From a virus (Duplodnaviria > Heunggongvirae > Uroviricota > Caudoviricetes), in IMG/VR virus record IMGVR_UViG_3300009175_000009, positions 48,524 to 112,523 of that record: 64,000 nucleotides of DNA; one strand, 5' to 3'. Below are positions 37,612 to 46,545 of this stretch, piece after piece. The number at the start of each line of letters is the position of its first letter. Within the stretch, counting starts at the first letter, position 1. The translations under genes and the position numbers were made by a program. Below the pieces are notes generated by a model. The model did no database searches and was not told the DNA's origin. It was given only the letters and a program-made list of their open reading frames with translations.

Positions 37612-38622
37612 GTGAGCGACGTGATTGTGGTTACAGGGTCCGGTGGGTTCATCGGCGGATCATTAGTGCGACGACTTAACGAGAAAGGTCATGTTCACAT
37701 CAGGGCTGTGGATAAGAAGCCACTGCCCGACTGGTATCAGGTCAGCGACGGCGTCGAGAACCTGAGTCTTGATGTGAGCATCGAGGAGAACTGCCATCGC
37801 GTATGTGAGGGCGCGACCGCAGTCTACAACCTGGCAGCCGATATGGGTGGCATGGGCTTCATCGAGAGGTTCCGTATCCAGTGCCTGCGAAGCGTGTTGA
37901 TTAATACTCACATGATCGAAGCCGCCTGGCGTGCTGGTTGCCAGAAGTATTTCTACTCATCGTCAGCCTGTGCCTACAACATCAACTTGCAGAAGACTGC
38001 CGAGTGCCTGGCACTGAAGGAGACTGATGCCTACCCCGCGATGGCGGAGCGTGGTTACGGCTGGGAGAAGCTCCTCTCGGAGATGTTCTGTCAGGAGTAT
38101 TGGGCCGAACGCGGCATGAAGACCTTCATCGCCCGCTTCCACAACGTCTACGGCCCGCACGGCACGTGGGACGGTGGCCGTGAGAAGGCACCAGCAGCTA
38201 TCTGCCGCAAGGTGATCGAGGCCAGGGAAACCGGCAAGCACGAGATCACGATATGGGGCGACGGCACGCAGAATCGCAGCTACATGTGGATCGAGGACTG
38301 TCTGGACGGCATCGACCGTATTACGCAATGCAGTGATCTTATCGCGACGCCCATCAACCTCGGATCCAATGAGTCGATCTCTGTCAATGACTTGGTGGAT
38401 ATCGCCGAGGAAATCGGAGGCGTGAAGCTGAAGCGACTGTACGATCTCAGTGCCCCCAAGGGTGTGGCTGGTCGCAACAGCGACAACACGATGATTCAGC
38501 ACTACCTGGGCTGGCAGCCACGGACATCGTTCCGCGTCGGCCTGGCACGAACATTTGCTTGGATAGAAGCTCAGTATCACGACCGCAAGGCCGGCAAACG
38601 CACGGTGCATGACACGATATGA
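37612..38622 (+). CDS. GDP-mannose 3,5-epimerase homolog (NAD-dependent epimerase/dehydratase, SDR family)
   Basis: TGSGGFIGGSL Rossmann; NLAADMGGMGFI, YSSSACAY, RFHNVYGPHGTWDGGREKAPAAICRK, WGDGTQNRSY, GVAGRNSDN — near-identical blocks to plant/bacterial GME; GTG 37612 after AAGGAGAAA. Confidence 0.85.
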   Translation: MSDVIVVTGSGGFIGGSLVRRLNEKGHVHIRAVDKKPLPDWYQVSDGVENLSLDVSIEENCHRVCEGATAVYNLAADMGGMGFIERFRIQCLRSVLINTHMIEAAWRAGCQKYFYSSSACAYNINLQKTAECLALKETDAYPAMAERGYGWEKLLSEMFCQEYWAERGMKTFIARFHNVYGPHGTWDGGREKAPAAICRKVIEARETGKHEITIWGDGTQNRSYMWIEDCLDGIDRITQCSDLIATPINLGSNESISVNDLVDIAEEIGGVKLKRLYDLSAPKGVAGRNSDNTMIQHYLGWQPRTSFRVGLARTFAWIEAQYHDRKAGKRTVHDTI

Positions 38623-38801
38623 CCCGCCGGCAGCTACAAATCCTGCGGGATACGGCCAAGTACGGCTGGGACATGGCCTATATCTGGGACAGTGTCTACG
38701 GACTGCGATTCAGGCAGATGATACGGGTGTCTCGATTTGAGTCGCGGTGTCTGGATGAGTTGCTGCAACGCCGAACCGTGGATATGTGTTGTACTGTTTG
38801 A
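38619..38801 (+). CDS. hypothetical small protein
   Basis: ORF. Confidence 0.3.
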   Translation: MTRRQLQILRDTAKYGWDMAYIWDSVYGLRFRQMIRVSRFESRCLDELLQRRTVDMCCTV

Positions 38802-38833
38802 TATGATAAGCTATACTGAGTTGTTAACTCGAC

Positions 38834-38921
38834 GGTAGCCGCGAACTCCCGTACACGCCAAACGCCCCACCAGCGATCTAACTTCGCGGCTACTTCTGCT
38901 GGTGGGGCGGGCGGCGTTTGG
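38834..38921. repeat. interleaved inverted repeats (A-B-A'-B', pseudoknot-like topology) upstream of HNH gene
   Basis: A GGTAGCCGCGAA/ A' TTCGCGGCTAC; B CCAAACGCCCCACCAGC / B' GCTGGTGGGGCG(GGCGGC)GTTTGG. Confidence 0.5.
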
Positions 38922-38930
38922 AGAACAGTC

Positions 38931-39368
38931 GTGGTTGAACGACAGAAAATAGCAACGAAGCGATGTGCTAAATGTGGGTACACTAAACCGATTACGGGCA
39001 ACTTCTGTATGTCACGCGGTCGGCCCGTATCCACGTGTCTATCATGCCGAAGAGAGGCTGCGAGGATTTATGTAAGAACGAGCTATGCACGGGAATCATG
39101 TCGTATACGTTATCGGAAGCGTAGCGAGAACATGAAGTTACGTCTACTTGCTGTGCTCGGTGTTGATAGATGCTCGTGTGGGGAAACGCATATTGCGTGT
39201 TTAGATTTTCATCATGTTACTGGCGAGAAAGTTGATAGCGTTAGGCACATGATAAATACTAGTGTTCCCATTGATCTAATCATAGCCGAGGTTCGGAAGT
39301 GCATAGTGCTTTGTTCAAACTGTCATCGCAAAGTACATTACCGTGATAGAAGTGCAGTGTCTGGTTAA
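38931..39368 (+). CDS. HNH endonuclease
   Basis: CxxC…CLDFHHVTGEK…CSNCHRKVH. Confidence 0.7.
   Translation: MVERQKIATKRCAKCGYTKPITGNFCMSRGRPVSTCLSCRREAARIYVRTSYARESCRIRYRKRSENMKLRLLAVLGVDRCSCGETHIACLDFHHVTGEKVDSVRHMINTSVPIDLIIAEVRKCIVLCSNCHRKVHYRDRSAVSG
39357..39364 (+). promoter_or_regulatory. GTGTCTGG motif overlapping HNH stop
   Basis: 84 nt before GTG 39449. Confidence 0.35.
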
Positions 39369-39448
39369 ACGGTGGGTGCGGCGACGATACTGCAGCATCA
39401 CGATTACCGAACGTGGCCGCCGTGTGCTGGCCCAAAAGGAGAAACGCC

Positions 39449-39859
39449 GTGGAACCGCCCATCGACAATGCCGATCCGGTAGATGAAGCTAACGAACTTC
39501 TCTTGCAAGCCCTGGCCGAGATCGCCCGCAAGGGGCCGTTGTACGGGGCACACTGCTCCGAGATGGCTCAGGCCGCCCGTAACCGCATCGAGGAACTGGA
39601 AGGGCTCCTGGCGGGCGTGACCTTGCGGTACGGCGGCATACCCTTGGTCGAGGCTCTGGAGGAGATCAAGGATGAGAACTTTCAGCTTCGTGCCATTCTC
39701 AATCGTCGCCGCGACAAAAGCCTGGAAGATCTGCGAGCCATTCAGCGTCTCCAGAACCGGGCGGTGAAGGTCGACCCCACGACCGTGCCGGTTGAGCTGT
39801 ACCGGCAGGCCCAGGCCCGTATCCACGAATTGGAACGACAGATTGCGGTGAAGCCGTGA
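39449..39859 (+). CDS. hypothetical coiled-coil protein
   Basis: GTG after AAAGGAGAAA. Confidence 0.45.
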   Translation: MEPPIDNADPVDEANELLLQALAEIARKGPLYGAHCSEMAQAARNRIEELEGLLAGVTLRYGGIPLVEALEEIKDENFQLRAILNRRRDKSLEDLRAIQRLQNRAVKVDPTTVPVELYRQAQARIHELERQIAVKP

Positions 39860-40014
39860 AGAGACTCTTACGATGGCTGTTCGGCCCGTGTCCAGAAGAG
39901 TGTCGCGGCTGTCGATGCTCGTACTGGCAAGGACACAACGGAAATCATCGAGGTGGCGGACTAACCTGGGTGCGGGGCAGTGATCTTTCGCGTCGAAGGT
40001 AGGAGCTTAGCGTC

Positions 40015-40998
40015 ATGCCACAGCAGAACCCAAACAATCCTGAACCGATGAACGGGCCGCGGTACGCAGTGCATCCCGGCTACGTCACCAGCATGTCTGA
40101 CGGCGACCGCCATTTCATCGACGCCATGCACCTTGTGTCCCTCTACGGCCTGCGAACCGGAGAATACATCGTTATTCAGGAAGGGCTGCCGTTTGGTCAG
40201 CAGATTAGTGATACTGACAGTATTATTCATCTCTACCCGCAGCGGAACCGTGAGGACTACGGTCATGCGGCCAACATCATCGAAGCCCGTCGACGTGGAT
40301 CCCGACTGGATATTCCGCCTATGTATGGAGCCCGGCCACCCGAGCGGCGACAGCATCGCTTGGGGCCAACACCGCCACCACCGACGCCCGAGGCCATAGC
40401 CGCTGTTACCACCGACGCCGCACGGCGGGCTAATGAGTCGCTGGGAATACCGGGCAGCTTGCTGACGCAGGACAGTAACTATTCGAGCGCACACGCTGAC
40501 GCGATGTCATTCAGCAACCTTTTCGGTCGTGGTGACGTACCGCGAGCGGAGTTTATACGCCGACTGGAAGCAGCAGTTGAGCAGCAACATCAGCCCTATA
40601 TTACAGAAGCCGATCTGCGACGACTGCGATCCCACAGCCAGGTGACGCCCGCCGAGCCGAACGTCCAGCGGCTTCCCGTGGGCTACACGCTGCCGCGAAC
40701 GTTCGTTAATGCTGAACAACGTATTATTGCCCACGTCGAGGCAAATACCGACCGCGTGATATGGGTGCTGACATACCCGCCCGGTGAGTCTCGCCAGGGC
40801 AGCCGAGTTGTCAGCAACAGCCAACTGGCTATCACGATACTTGCCGGCCTGATGGACAGAGAAACCGAGCATGGCATCGTCCTGCCGGTCGGCTGGACGT
40901 TGAACCGTCTTGGTCCGGAACCAGTCAAACGAAGAAAGATTACACGCGGCAAGCGAACCGTCGTGCGACGAAGGATTCAGTCCACGGGAGAACTGTAA
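40015..40998 (+). CDS. hypothetical protein; paralog of 37041; C-terminal …VVRRRIQSTGEL tag
   Basis: shared blocks with the 37041 product. Confidence 0.5.
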   Translation: MPQQNPNNPEPMNGPRYAVHPGYVTSMSDGDRHFIDAMHLVSLYGLRTGEYIVIQEGLPFGQQISDTDSIIHLYPQRNREDYGHAANIIEARRRGSRLDIPPMYGARPPERRQHRLGPTPPPPTPEAIAAVTTDAARRANESLGIPGSLLTQDSNYSSAHADAMSFSNLFGRGDVPRAEFIRRLEAAVEQQHQPYITEADLRRLRSHSQVTPAEPNVQRLPVGYTLPRTFVNAEQRIIAHVEANTDRVIWVLTYPPGESRQGSRVVSNSQLAITILAGLMDRETEHGIVLPVGWTLNRLGPEPVKRRKITRGKRTVVRRRIQSTGEL

Positions 40999-41195
40999 TG
41001 CGTGAGATCATGTGCGTGATGATAGGTGGTGGCCTGGGTCTACTGCTGGTGGTGTTTATAGACGTAACGTATCATCGTATGGTATGGTGGCGGGACGCCC
41101 GTCGAGCCACCAGGGCCAAAGAACGACGCAAGGCCGATCCAGTTTCGACCGACCGCCGGCGTCTAGTGCGGGACAAACGTGAAACCAGGAGATAA
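40998..41195 (+). CDS. small membrane protein
   Basis: TM IMCVMIGGGLGLLLVVFI. Confidence 0.4.
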   Translation: MREIMCVMIGGGLGLLLVVFIDVTYHRMVWWRDARRATRAKERRKADPVSTDRRRLVRDKRETRR

Positions 41196-41238
41196 GGTAC
41201 GGCTGAACGACCACTGCTTCAACTTAGTACGGTGACCA

Positions 41239-41655
41239 ATGGACAAAGAACGCTTACGCGACATCATCAATAATGGAGGAACGATTATTGTGAATACTTC
41301 CGACAGCAGCATACCGCCCGCCAACCTGGAAGATGCCATGCAGGTGGTGAAGGACGAGACTGGCAAAGACGCCGTTATGGTACAGATAGCAGGCCCGCCC
41401 AAGACCGGCATGCCCGTAAAACGACGCCCGATGTCCTTCTCGCCGCTACTGGCTATGGCCGCCGCAGGTATGCCACTGTCGGGCCTGCGTGTGCGACGTG
41501 GGAAGCCGCAACGCCTCCAGTGCCATTACTGCACCCGCCTGCAACGCAAGGACGACCACGAGGCCAAGGGCTGGCAGACCGAAGACCCGGTGCTGTGTCC
41601 CGCGTGCCTCAAGAACAACGTGCCGGGCAGCCGAATCAAACCAGTGTGCGAGTAG
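41239..41655 (+). CDS. hypothetical protein (C-terminal CxxC…CPAC)
   Basis: ORF. Confidence 0.45.
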   Translation: MDKERLRDIINNGGTIIVNTSDSSIPPANLEDAMQVVKDETGKDAVMVQIAGPPKTGMPVKRRPMSFSPLLAMAAAGMPLSGLRVRRGKPQRLQCHYCTRLQRKDDHEAKGWQTEDPVLCPACLKNNVPGSRIKPVCE

Positions 41656-41685
41656 ATTACAAACCCTAGAGTCAAGGATGATATC

Positions 41686-41832
41686 ATGCGGATCGTAGCT
41701 ATTCTGGTTCTGTTAGTATGTGCGGGTTGTGCAGGATCGAAGGTGGTGACGCGGTACGCGATCACCGACACTCATCAGGACGGCCACCCCGATATCGTAG
41801 CGACCACCGTCGCAGTTGAGGTGGCTCGCTAA
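41686..41832 (+). CDS. small lipoprotein (48 aa)
   Basis: MRIVAILVLLVCAGC lipobox; AAGGATG RBS; below track cut-off. Confidence 0.35.
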   Translation: MRIVAILVLLVCAGCAGSKVVTRYAITDTHQDGHPDIVATTVAVEVAR

Positions 41833-41859
41833 ATCATCCAGGCGTCATACGAACCCGAC

Positions 41860-41867
41860 GTGTCTGG
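41860..41867 (+). promoter_or_regulatory. GTGTCTGG motif before SPFH gene
   Basis: 45 nt before ATG 41913; GGAGG RBS. Confidence 0.4.
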
Positions 41868-41912
41868 ATGCTCAATGACGTTTTACCCTATTTCTAGACC
41901 CGGAGGTGATTT

Positions 41913-43340
41913 ATGTTTGCAAAAGTGTTTCTGATAGGATTCATGTTCGTGGCTGCATTGGTGGCTCACAGCTACTGGCACTACGCTGTCGTTCCGGAGG
42001 TGAACGACCAAATGGCTTACAACCAGCTTGATCACAGTCGCTCCCGGCATGAGCAGCAGAACATGCGATTCTGGCAAGTCGCCAAGCAGTACCCAGGCAC
42101 GATCATCTGGACTTCGTTCTCCCTGCTGACCTTGCTGACCTTCATGCCCGAACTGAAGCGCGCCACGAAGGCGGGCAAAACCTTTGCGACCAGTATGTCA
42201 CCAGCGTTGTTGCTGCTATTGCTTGTCGGTGGGTGTCAGTCGCCCTACGATACTCCGGTCTTCGTCGATGTCGGTAATTCCGAGACGGCATTCATGGTGA
42301 AGAAGGAGGACAACAGCAAGCAAACGGCGACGAAGACCACGCAGATGTTCATTCAGCAGACTGCCGAGGGCAAACCCTGGGTGCAGTCGAAGCGCATCCT
42401 TATTCCGTACCGCTGGCAGGACATGGGTCATGGTTGGAACAACGGCAAGTTTATCCCCGACGCTCAGGTTTTCATTGTAGATCGCGTTCCATGTACGCGA
42501 GAGTGGACCGCAGCCCCGCACACAGGAACGTCGTTCAGGGACCAGGCCATTGACGTCGAGTCCAGTGATTCGGTGAACTTCTCCTGCGGCATCTCCATCG
42601 TTGCCCGTATTCTGACTGAGGAAGACGCGGTTAAGTTCTTCTTCAACTATCCGGCGAACAAGGATAGGGTCATCAAGGCGGGCGGCGGATACAAGGATGA
42701 CTACGTCGTTAAGACCGTAGGGCTTGAAGACGTCATGGATACCGAGGTGCGAGCCGTTCTCCAGCGGGTTTTCTCCGACGAGGCGGCCAAGTACACGATG
42801 GATGAAGGTCGCAATAGGAAGACCGAGTTCCTGAAGGCGATGCGAGACGAGGCTCAGAAGTACTTCGTCGAGCGAGGAATTACCATCACAAGCATTGGTA
42901 TGAAGGGTGGTTTGACCTACGCAAATCCTAACATCCAGACATCCATTGACAAGGTCTTCCAGCAGCAGCAGGACAAGAACGTCGCCAAGGCCGAACAGGA
43001 AGCCGCCACGGAGCGTAAGAAGGCTTTGCAGGCCGTGGGCGAGGGCGAGGCAGCCAAGGTGCTGGCCATCAAGCAGGGCGAAGCCAAGGGCATCCAGGCT
43101 GTCGCCGACGCCAAGGCGTATGAGCTACAGAAACTTCAGGAGAACCCGCAGGCGTACCTGATGCTGAAGCAGCTTGAAATCCAGAGCCGCATGCTGGAGA
43201 CCTGGGATGGCCGCATGCCGGTGTACCTAATGAACGGCAGCAGCGGTGCAGGGCCAACCATGCTATTGTCGATGCCCACAGCGGACGTGCCGCCCGCGAA
43301 GGCCAAGGCTGCGGTCAAGACCGCCGAGGCCGTGAAGTAA
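41913..43340 (+). CDS. SPFH/band-7 (flotillin/HflKC-like) membrane protein
   Basis: N-terminal TM, SPFH core, C-terminal EA-rich coiled coil KAEQEAATERKKALQAVGEGEAAKVLAIKQGEAKGIQAVADAKAYELQ. Confidence 0.7.
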   Translation: MFAKVFLIGFMFVAALVAHSYWHYAVVPEVNDQMAYNQLDHSRSRHEQQNMRFWQVAKQYPGTIIWTSFSLLTLLTFMPELKRATKAGKTFATSMSPALLLLLLVGGCQSPYDTPVFVDVGNSETAFMVKKEDNSKQTATKTTQMFIQQTAEGKPWVQSKRILIPYRWQDMGHGWNNGKFIPDAQVFIVDRVPCTREWTAAPHTGTSFRDQAIDVESSDSVNFSCGISIVARILTEEDAVKFFFNYPANKDRVIKAGGGYKDDYVVKTVGLEDVMDTEVRAVLQRVFSDEAAKYTMDEGRNRKTEFLKAMRDEAQKYFVERGITITSIGMKGGLTYANPNIQTSIDKVFQQQQDKNVAKAEQEAATERKKALQAVGEGEAAKVLAIKQGEAKGIQAVADAKAYELQKLQENPQAYLMLKQLEIQSRMLETWDGRMPVYLMNGSSGAGPTMLLSMPTADVPPAKAKAAVKTAEAVK

Positions 43341-43372
43341 ACAAGCCGCGAATTGTATTCGCAGCATTGTCA

Positions 43373-43400
43373 GGGGAGTAGTATCTCACGTTCTACTCCC
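43373..43400 (+). terminator. hairpin GGGAGTAG-n12-CTACTCCC downstream of SPFH gene
   Basis: 8-bp perfect stem; weak T-run after it. Confidence 0.3.
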
Positions 43401-43426
43401 TGCCCTCATTTAGCATGTGTCTGGTA

Positions 43427-43434
43427 CAGCATAA
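43427..43434 (+). promoter_or_regulatory. GTGTCTGG + TACAGCATAAGGAGAA motif
   Basis: 12 nt before ATG 43447. Confidence 0.45.
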
Positions 43435-43446
43435 GGAGAACAAACC

Positions 43447-44160
43447 ATGAGCGATAGTAGCGTAGGACCGGCCCACGACCTTTCCAAGATACTGAAGGAG
43501 GTGCGGGACGTTCTGATACCCGAGCCTGACGACAGCATCGTCGACATCGTGGACGCCGCCAAAGCGGTGATGTCTCGTTTGAAGAACGCCGAACGCCTGA
43601 AAGATCATCACAGCTTCGAGTCCAACCTGCGTGGCATGGAACTCGACAAGGCGAACGAGCAGTTGGCCGCGGCCAAGCACTGTAGCGTCGAGGCCATGTA
43701 CCGGGCGAAGGCGATCATGGAGCATCACCTCAACCCGAAGGACGTCCCGCCCGGCACGGGCGTGAAGGAACTGGCCGAGATGCTGGTGGCGAAGAACATC
43801 GCGTGCTGCAACATCGTCGTCAAGGCTACCGGCGTTAAGGGCGAAGGTTACCCGGATTTGCGGGATATCATCCATGCCCTGGTGTGGGGCTGCGACACAG
43901 ACAAGCCCGAAGCCTTGCAACTGGTGAAGCTCATCGGCCTGCACGAGAAAACCATCACCGACCTGAAGAAGAAGGTGGCTGAACTGGAAGAGGTGGCCGA
44001 GGGTAGCCGCAAGAAGATCACGAAGTGGGCCAACGCCTGGCTGGAGGAGCTTCTGGACCGCTGCGATGCCGACGATGAGTTCTTCGCCGAGGTGCAGGGT
44101 GGCCTCCAGCATGTCTACACCAAGCTCATGAGCAAACGGAGAATGACAACGATGCCGTAA
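43447..44160 (+). CDS. hypothetical protein
   Basis: GTGTCTGG…CATAAGGAGAA directly upstream. Confidence 0.5.
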   Translation: MSDSSVGPAHDLSKILKEVRDVLIPEPDDSIVDIVDAAKAVMSRLKNAERLKDHHSFESNLRGMELDKANEQLAAAKHCSVEAMYRAKAIMEHHLNPKDVPPGTGVKELAEMLVAKNIACCNIVVKATGVKGEGYPDLRDIIHALVWGCDTDKPEALQLVKLIGLHEKTITDLKKKVAELEEVAEGSRKKITKWANAWLEELLDRCDADDEFFAEVQGGLQHVYTKLMSKRRMTTMP

Positions 44161-44213
44161 GCCTTGCACGGCTTGCGGATGACTGTTAACCTGAACGTAG
44201 GAGGTTAACAAAC

Positions 44214-44450
44214 ATGAGCACGCTATCGATCATACTAGCGAGCATCTGTTGCACGGCGGTCGTTCTGTCCGTGGGATACGATGCTTTGGCGTTTTACTTT
44301 GGGTGGTCAACGATTAGTTGGGCACTCTATCAATGGGATAAATCTTGGGCACAATTGCCTCGGTGGATCGCTGCTGCCATTTGGATGCACGTGTGCTACG
44401 GCGAAGCATCATATACCGCGGTTAGCCGCTATTTCGGACACATGCCATGA
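44214..44450 (+). CDS. small membrane protein
   Basis: two hydrophobic helices. Confidence 0.4.
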   Translation: MSTLSIILASICCTAVVLSVGYDALAFYFGWSTISWALYQWDKSWAQLPRWIAAAIWMHVCYGEASYTAVSRYFGHMP

Positions 44451-44578
44451 ACAGCCCAGCAGAAGTCGCAGCCGAGCTTGTAGCCATCCTCAACGATGAG
44501 GTGAAGGGTATGGACGACCTTGGTCGGCGTATTGTGGCCAATAGGCTCGCCGAGGTCATCCAGCCCTTCCTGATGTAA
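44447..44578 (+). CDS. truncated paralog (43 aa) of the N-terminus of the 45373 gene
   Basis: MNSPAEVAAELVAILNDEVKGMDDLGRRIVANRLAEVIQPFL vs MSPGEVASELAALVISEVSDMNDLGRRIVANRLGELISPWL. Confidence 0.4.
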   Translation: MNSPAEVAAELVAILNDEVKGMDDLGRRIVANRLAEVIQPFLM

Positions 44579-44830
44579 ACTCTTCGCAGGACTGGCACGA
44601 CGGCTACGTTCAGGGCCAGCTTGACTACGCCGAGGCGTTCCTGCGGGCGACCGCGGCGATGCGGGAGAAGGCGGCGAAAGCGAAGGTGAAGCCGTGAGTT
44701 GCTATCGGCTGTGGTTTAATGTACCATGAGTCTAGTCGAGCATCGCCAATGCCCAAATCATGTCCGCCACGCCCTGTCTGCGTTTGGCGATGCTCCAGGG
44801 CCTCTGGCGGACTGCATAAGGAGCATCGCC

Positions 44831-45376
44831 ATGCTAGAACGACGACGAATTCAAACAAGTCCTGAAGAAATTAGGAAGGCTAGAAAGAGGTACACAAATC
44901 GCCAGTGTTACCTACGGAATCGTGAATCTATAAATATGCGTAGTGCAAAAAGATGGGCAGAACTTTGGAAGAATGATCCAGACAAGGCAAGGGCGATAAT
45001 TGGCAAGAGTCAACGCAAGCATCGAGATCGTCGTCACGTAGATGTTTCCATAGCGTTAGAGTGTATGATGCGAAACGCACGTGCTCGTAGTGCCAGACGT
45101 AACCTGGATTGCAACATATCGCTAGAATACCTGCGTCAGGTTTATGATTTACAGGGCGGTGTTTGTGCTATAACGGCTATGCCGTTTGAGCAAACTACTG
45201 ACTACGGAAAGATGTCGTTAGATCGTATTGATCCATCGTGTGGTTACGTTCAGGGTAACATTAGAATTGTTTGGTTACTAGTGAATAACGCTATGGGTGT
45301 CTGGGGTGAGGGGCCTTTACTTCGAGTTGCAGAGGCGATTGTGGAACGGAATTTAGTAAGGAATCAACCTAAATGA
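44831..45376 (+). CDS. putative freestanding (homing) endonuclease-like protein; N-terminal MLERRRIQT tag
   Basis: AAGGAG RBS; C-terminal SLDRIDPSCGYVQGNIRIVW resembles phage HNH/AP2-type endonuclease DNA-binding modules; lies between truncated and intact copies of one gene. Confidence 0.4.
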   Translation: MLERRRIQTSPEEIRKARKRYTNRQCYLRNRESINMRSAKRWAELWKNDPDKARAIIGKSQRKHRDRRHVDVSIALECMMRNARARSARRNLDCNISLEYLRQVYDLQGGVCAITAMPFEQTTDYGKMSLDRIDPSCGYVQGNIRIVWLLVNNAMGVWGEGPLLRVAEAIVERNLVRNQPK

Positions 45377-45738
45377 GTCCAGGTGAAGTTGCATCCGAGT
45401 TGGCAGCCTTGGTCATTAGCGAAGTTAGTGATATGAATGATCTCGGTCGTCGTATTGTTGCTAATCGTTTAGGCGAACTGATAAGTCCCTGGCTACCAGC
45501 ACCTGTTCGTCCGGAACAGGGAACTGCGGCGACCGTACCCATGAACGATGTCGAGGCCAAAGCCTATGGCCAGACGGCGACCATGAGGTTTGGGAAGTAC
45601 GAGGGTAAGCGTATCGATGCTGTTCCACTGGACTACCTAATATGGCTGACCGATGAGTCCCGCCGCCTGTGGCGTGAGATGCACAGGTACTTGAACAGTC
45701 CCCGCATCAAACTGGAGCGTGATCAGAAGGGGCTATGA
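45373..45738 (+). CDS. hypothetical protein (intact copy of duplicated gene)
   Basis: see 44447 paralog. Confidence 0.5.
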   Translation: MSPGEVASELAALVISEVSDMNDLGRRIVANRLGELISPWLPAPVRPEQGTAATVPMNDVEAKAYGQTATMRFGKYEGKRIDAVPLDYLIWLTDESRRLWREMHRYLNSPRIKLERDQKGL

Positions 45739-46007
45739 TGAGTGACCTGCGGCCTACCTGCAAAGCGTGCCGGTGTAGATTCGATCCATCAAATCGTATG
45801 GATAAGCTATCGCGAGCCGGCATCACGCCGCACTGCCACGAGATGATGTACTGCCGTGAGTGTGCCGACGAACTGTTCCGCGACACGATCAGCAGCCGAC
45901 CGGCCCAGCTATTCTCAGCCGGCCCAGGCTGTCCGATGGAACATGGCGGGAGCGACGATCCAAGCCCGTGGGAAGAAAACAACGTGCGACTGATGGAGGA
46001 CGGGTGA
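45735..46007 (+). CDS. Cys-rich zinc-finger-like protein
   Basis: CKACRC…HCHEMMYCRECADE. Confidence 0.4.
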   Translation: MMSDLRPTCKACRCRFDPSNRMDKLSRAGITPHCHEMMYCRECADELFRDTISSRPAQLFSAGPGCPMEHGGSDDPSPWEENNVRLMEDG

Positions 46008-46222
46008 TGCAAGTTGGACCGAAGCAGTGCGACGATGGGCCGTATTGCTGGGGCTGCGTTCATAACCTGGACAGCCACGGCGGGTTCTCCTGTCATCATC
46101 CAGATCGTGAATACGAGAGGCTGCCCTGGGATAATCATACGCCGCAGCGGTGTCCAGTATTGAAAGCACCATGCACGACATCGACCAAGCTACTGCCGAG
46201 ATCATCTTCCACGGGCTCATAA
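46007..46222 (+). CDS. small Cys/His-rich protein
   Basis: CDDGPYCWGCVHN…CHHPD. Confidence 0.3.
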   Translation: MQVGPKQCDDGPYCWGCVHNLDSHGGFSCHHPDREYERLPWDNHTPQRCPVLKAPCTTSTKLLPRSSSTGS

Positions 46223-46545
46223 ATAAGTCTGGGCCGCCGGTGGTCATGGTTCGGGACAAGTTCGGCCAGTACACGAGGTCCGAGACCGGCGAGGCTCCCG
46301 GCCATTTGCCGTGGGGCGAGGAAGACGCCGGTTTGCCCGCCTGGGACAAGCCCCTGGCCGATGTATCGGCCTTAACTACCCGAACGCCAGCCCAGGCCCC
46401 GTCACGACCCGCTGTGACGCCGCCTGTGGCCGCACGTGAGCCCGTCGCCCGCAGGTCGATAGAACGGCTGGCCAGTGACTTTGACCGCCTGTGGGGCCAA
46501 ACAGCGGCCCCTGCCACCCCAACGCGAAGGAGGATCCAAACATGA
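46171..46545 (+). CDS. hypothetical Pro/Ala-rich protein ending …PTRRRIQT*
   Basis: ORF; start uncertain, overlaps the 46007 ORF. Confidence 0.35.
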   Translation: MHDIDQATAEIIFHGLINKSGPPVVMVRDKFGQYTRSETGEAPGHLPWGEEDAGLPAWDKPLADVSALTTRTPAQAPSRPAVTPPVAAREPVARRSIERLASDFDRLWGQTAAPATPTRRRIQT

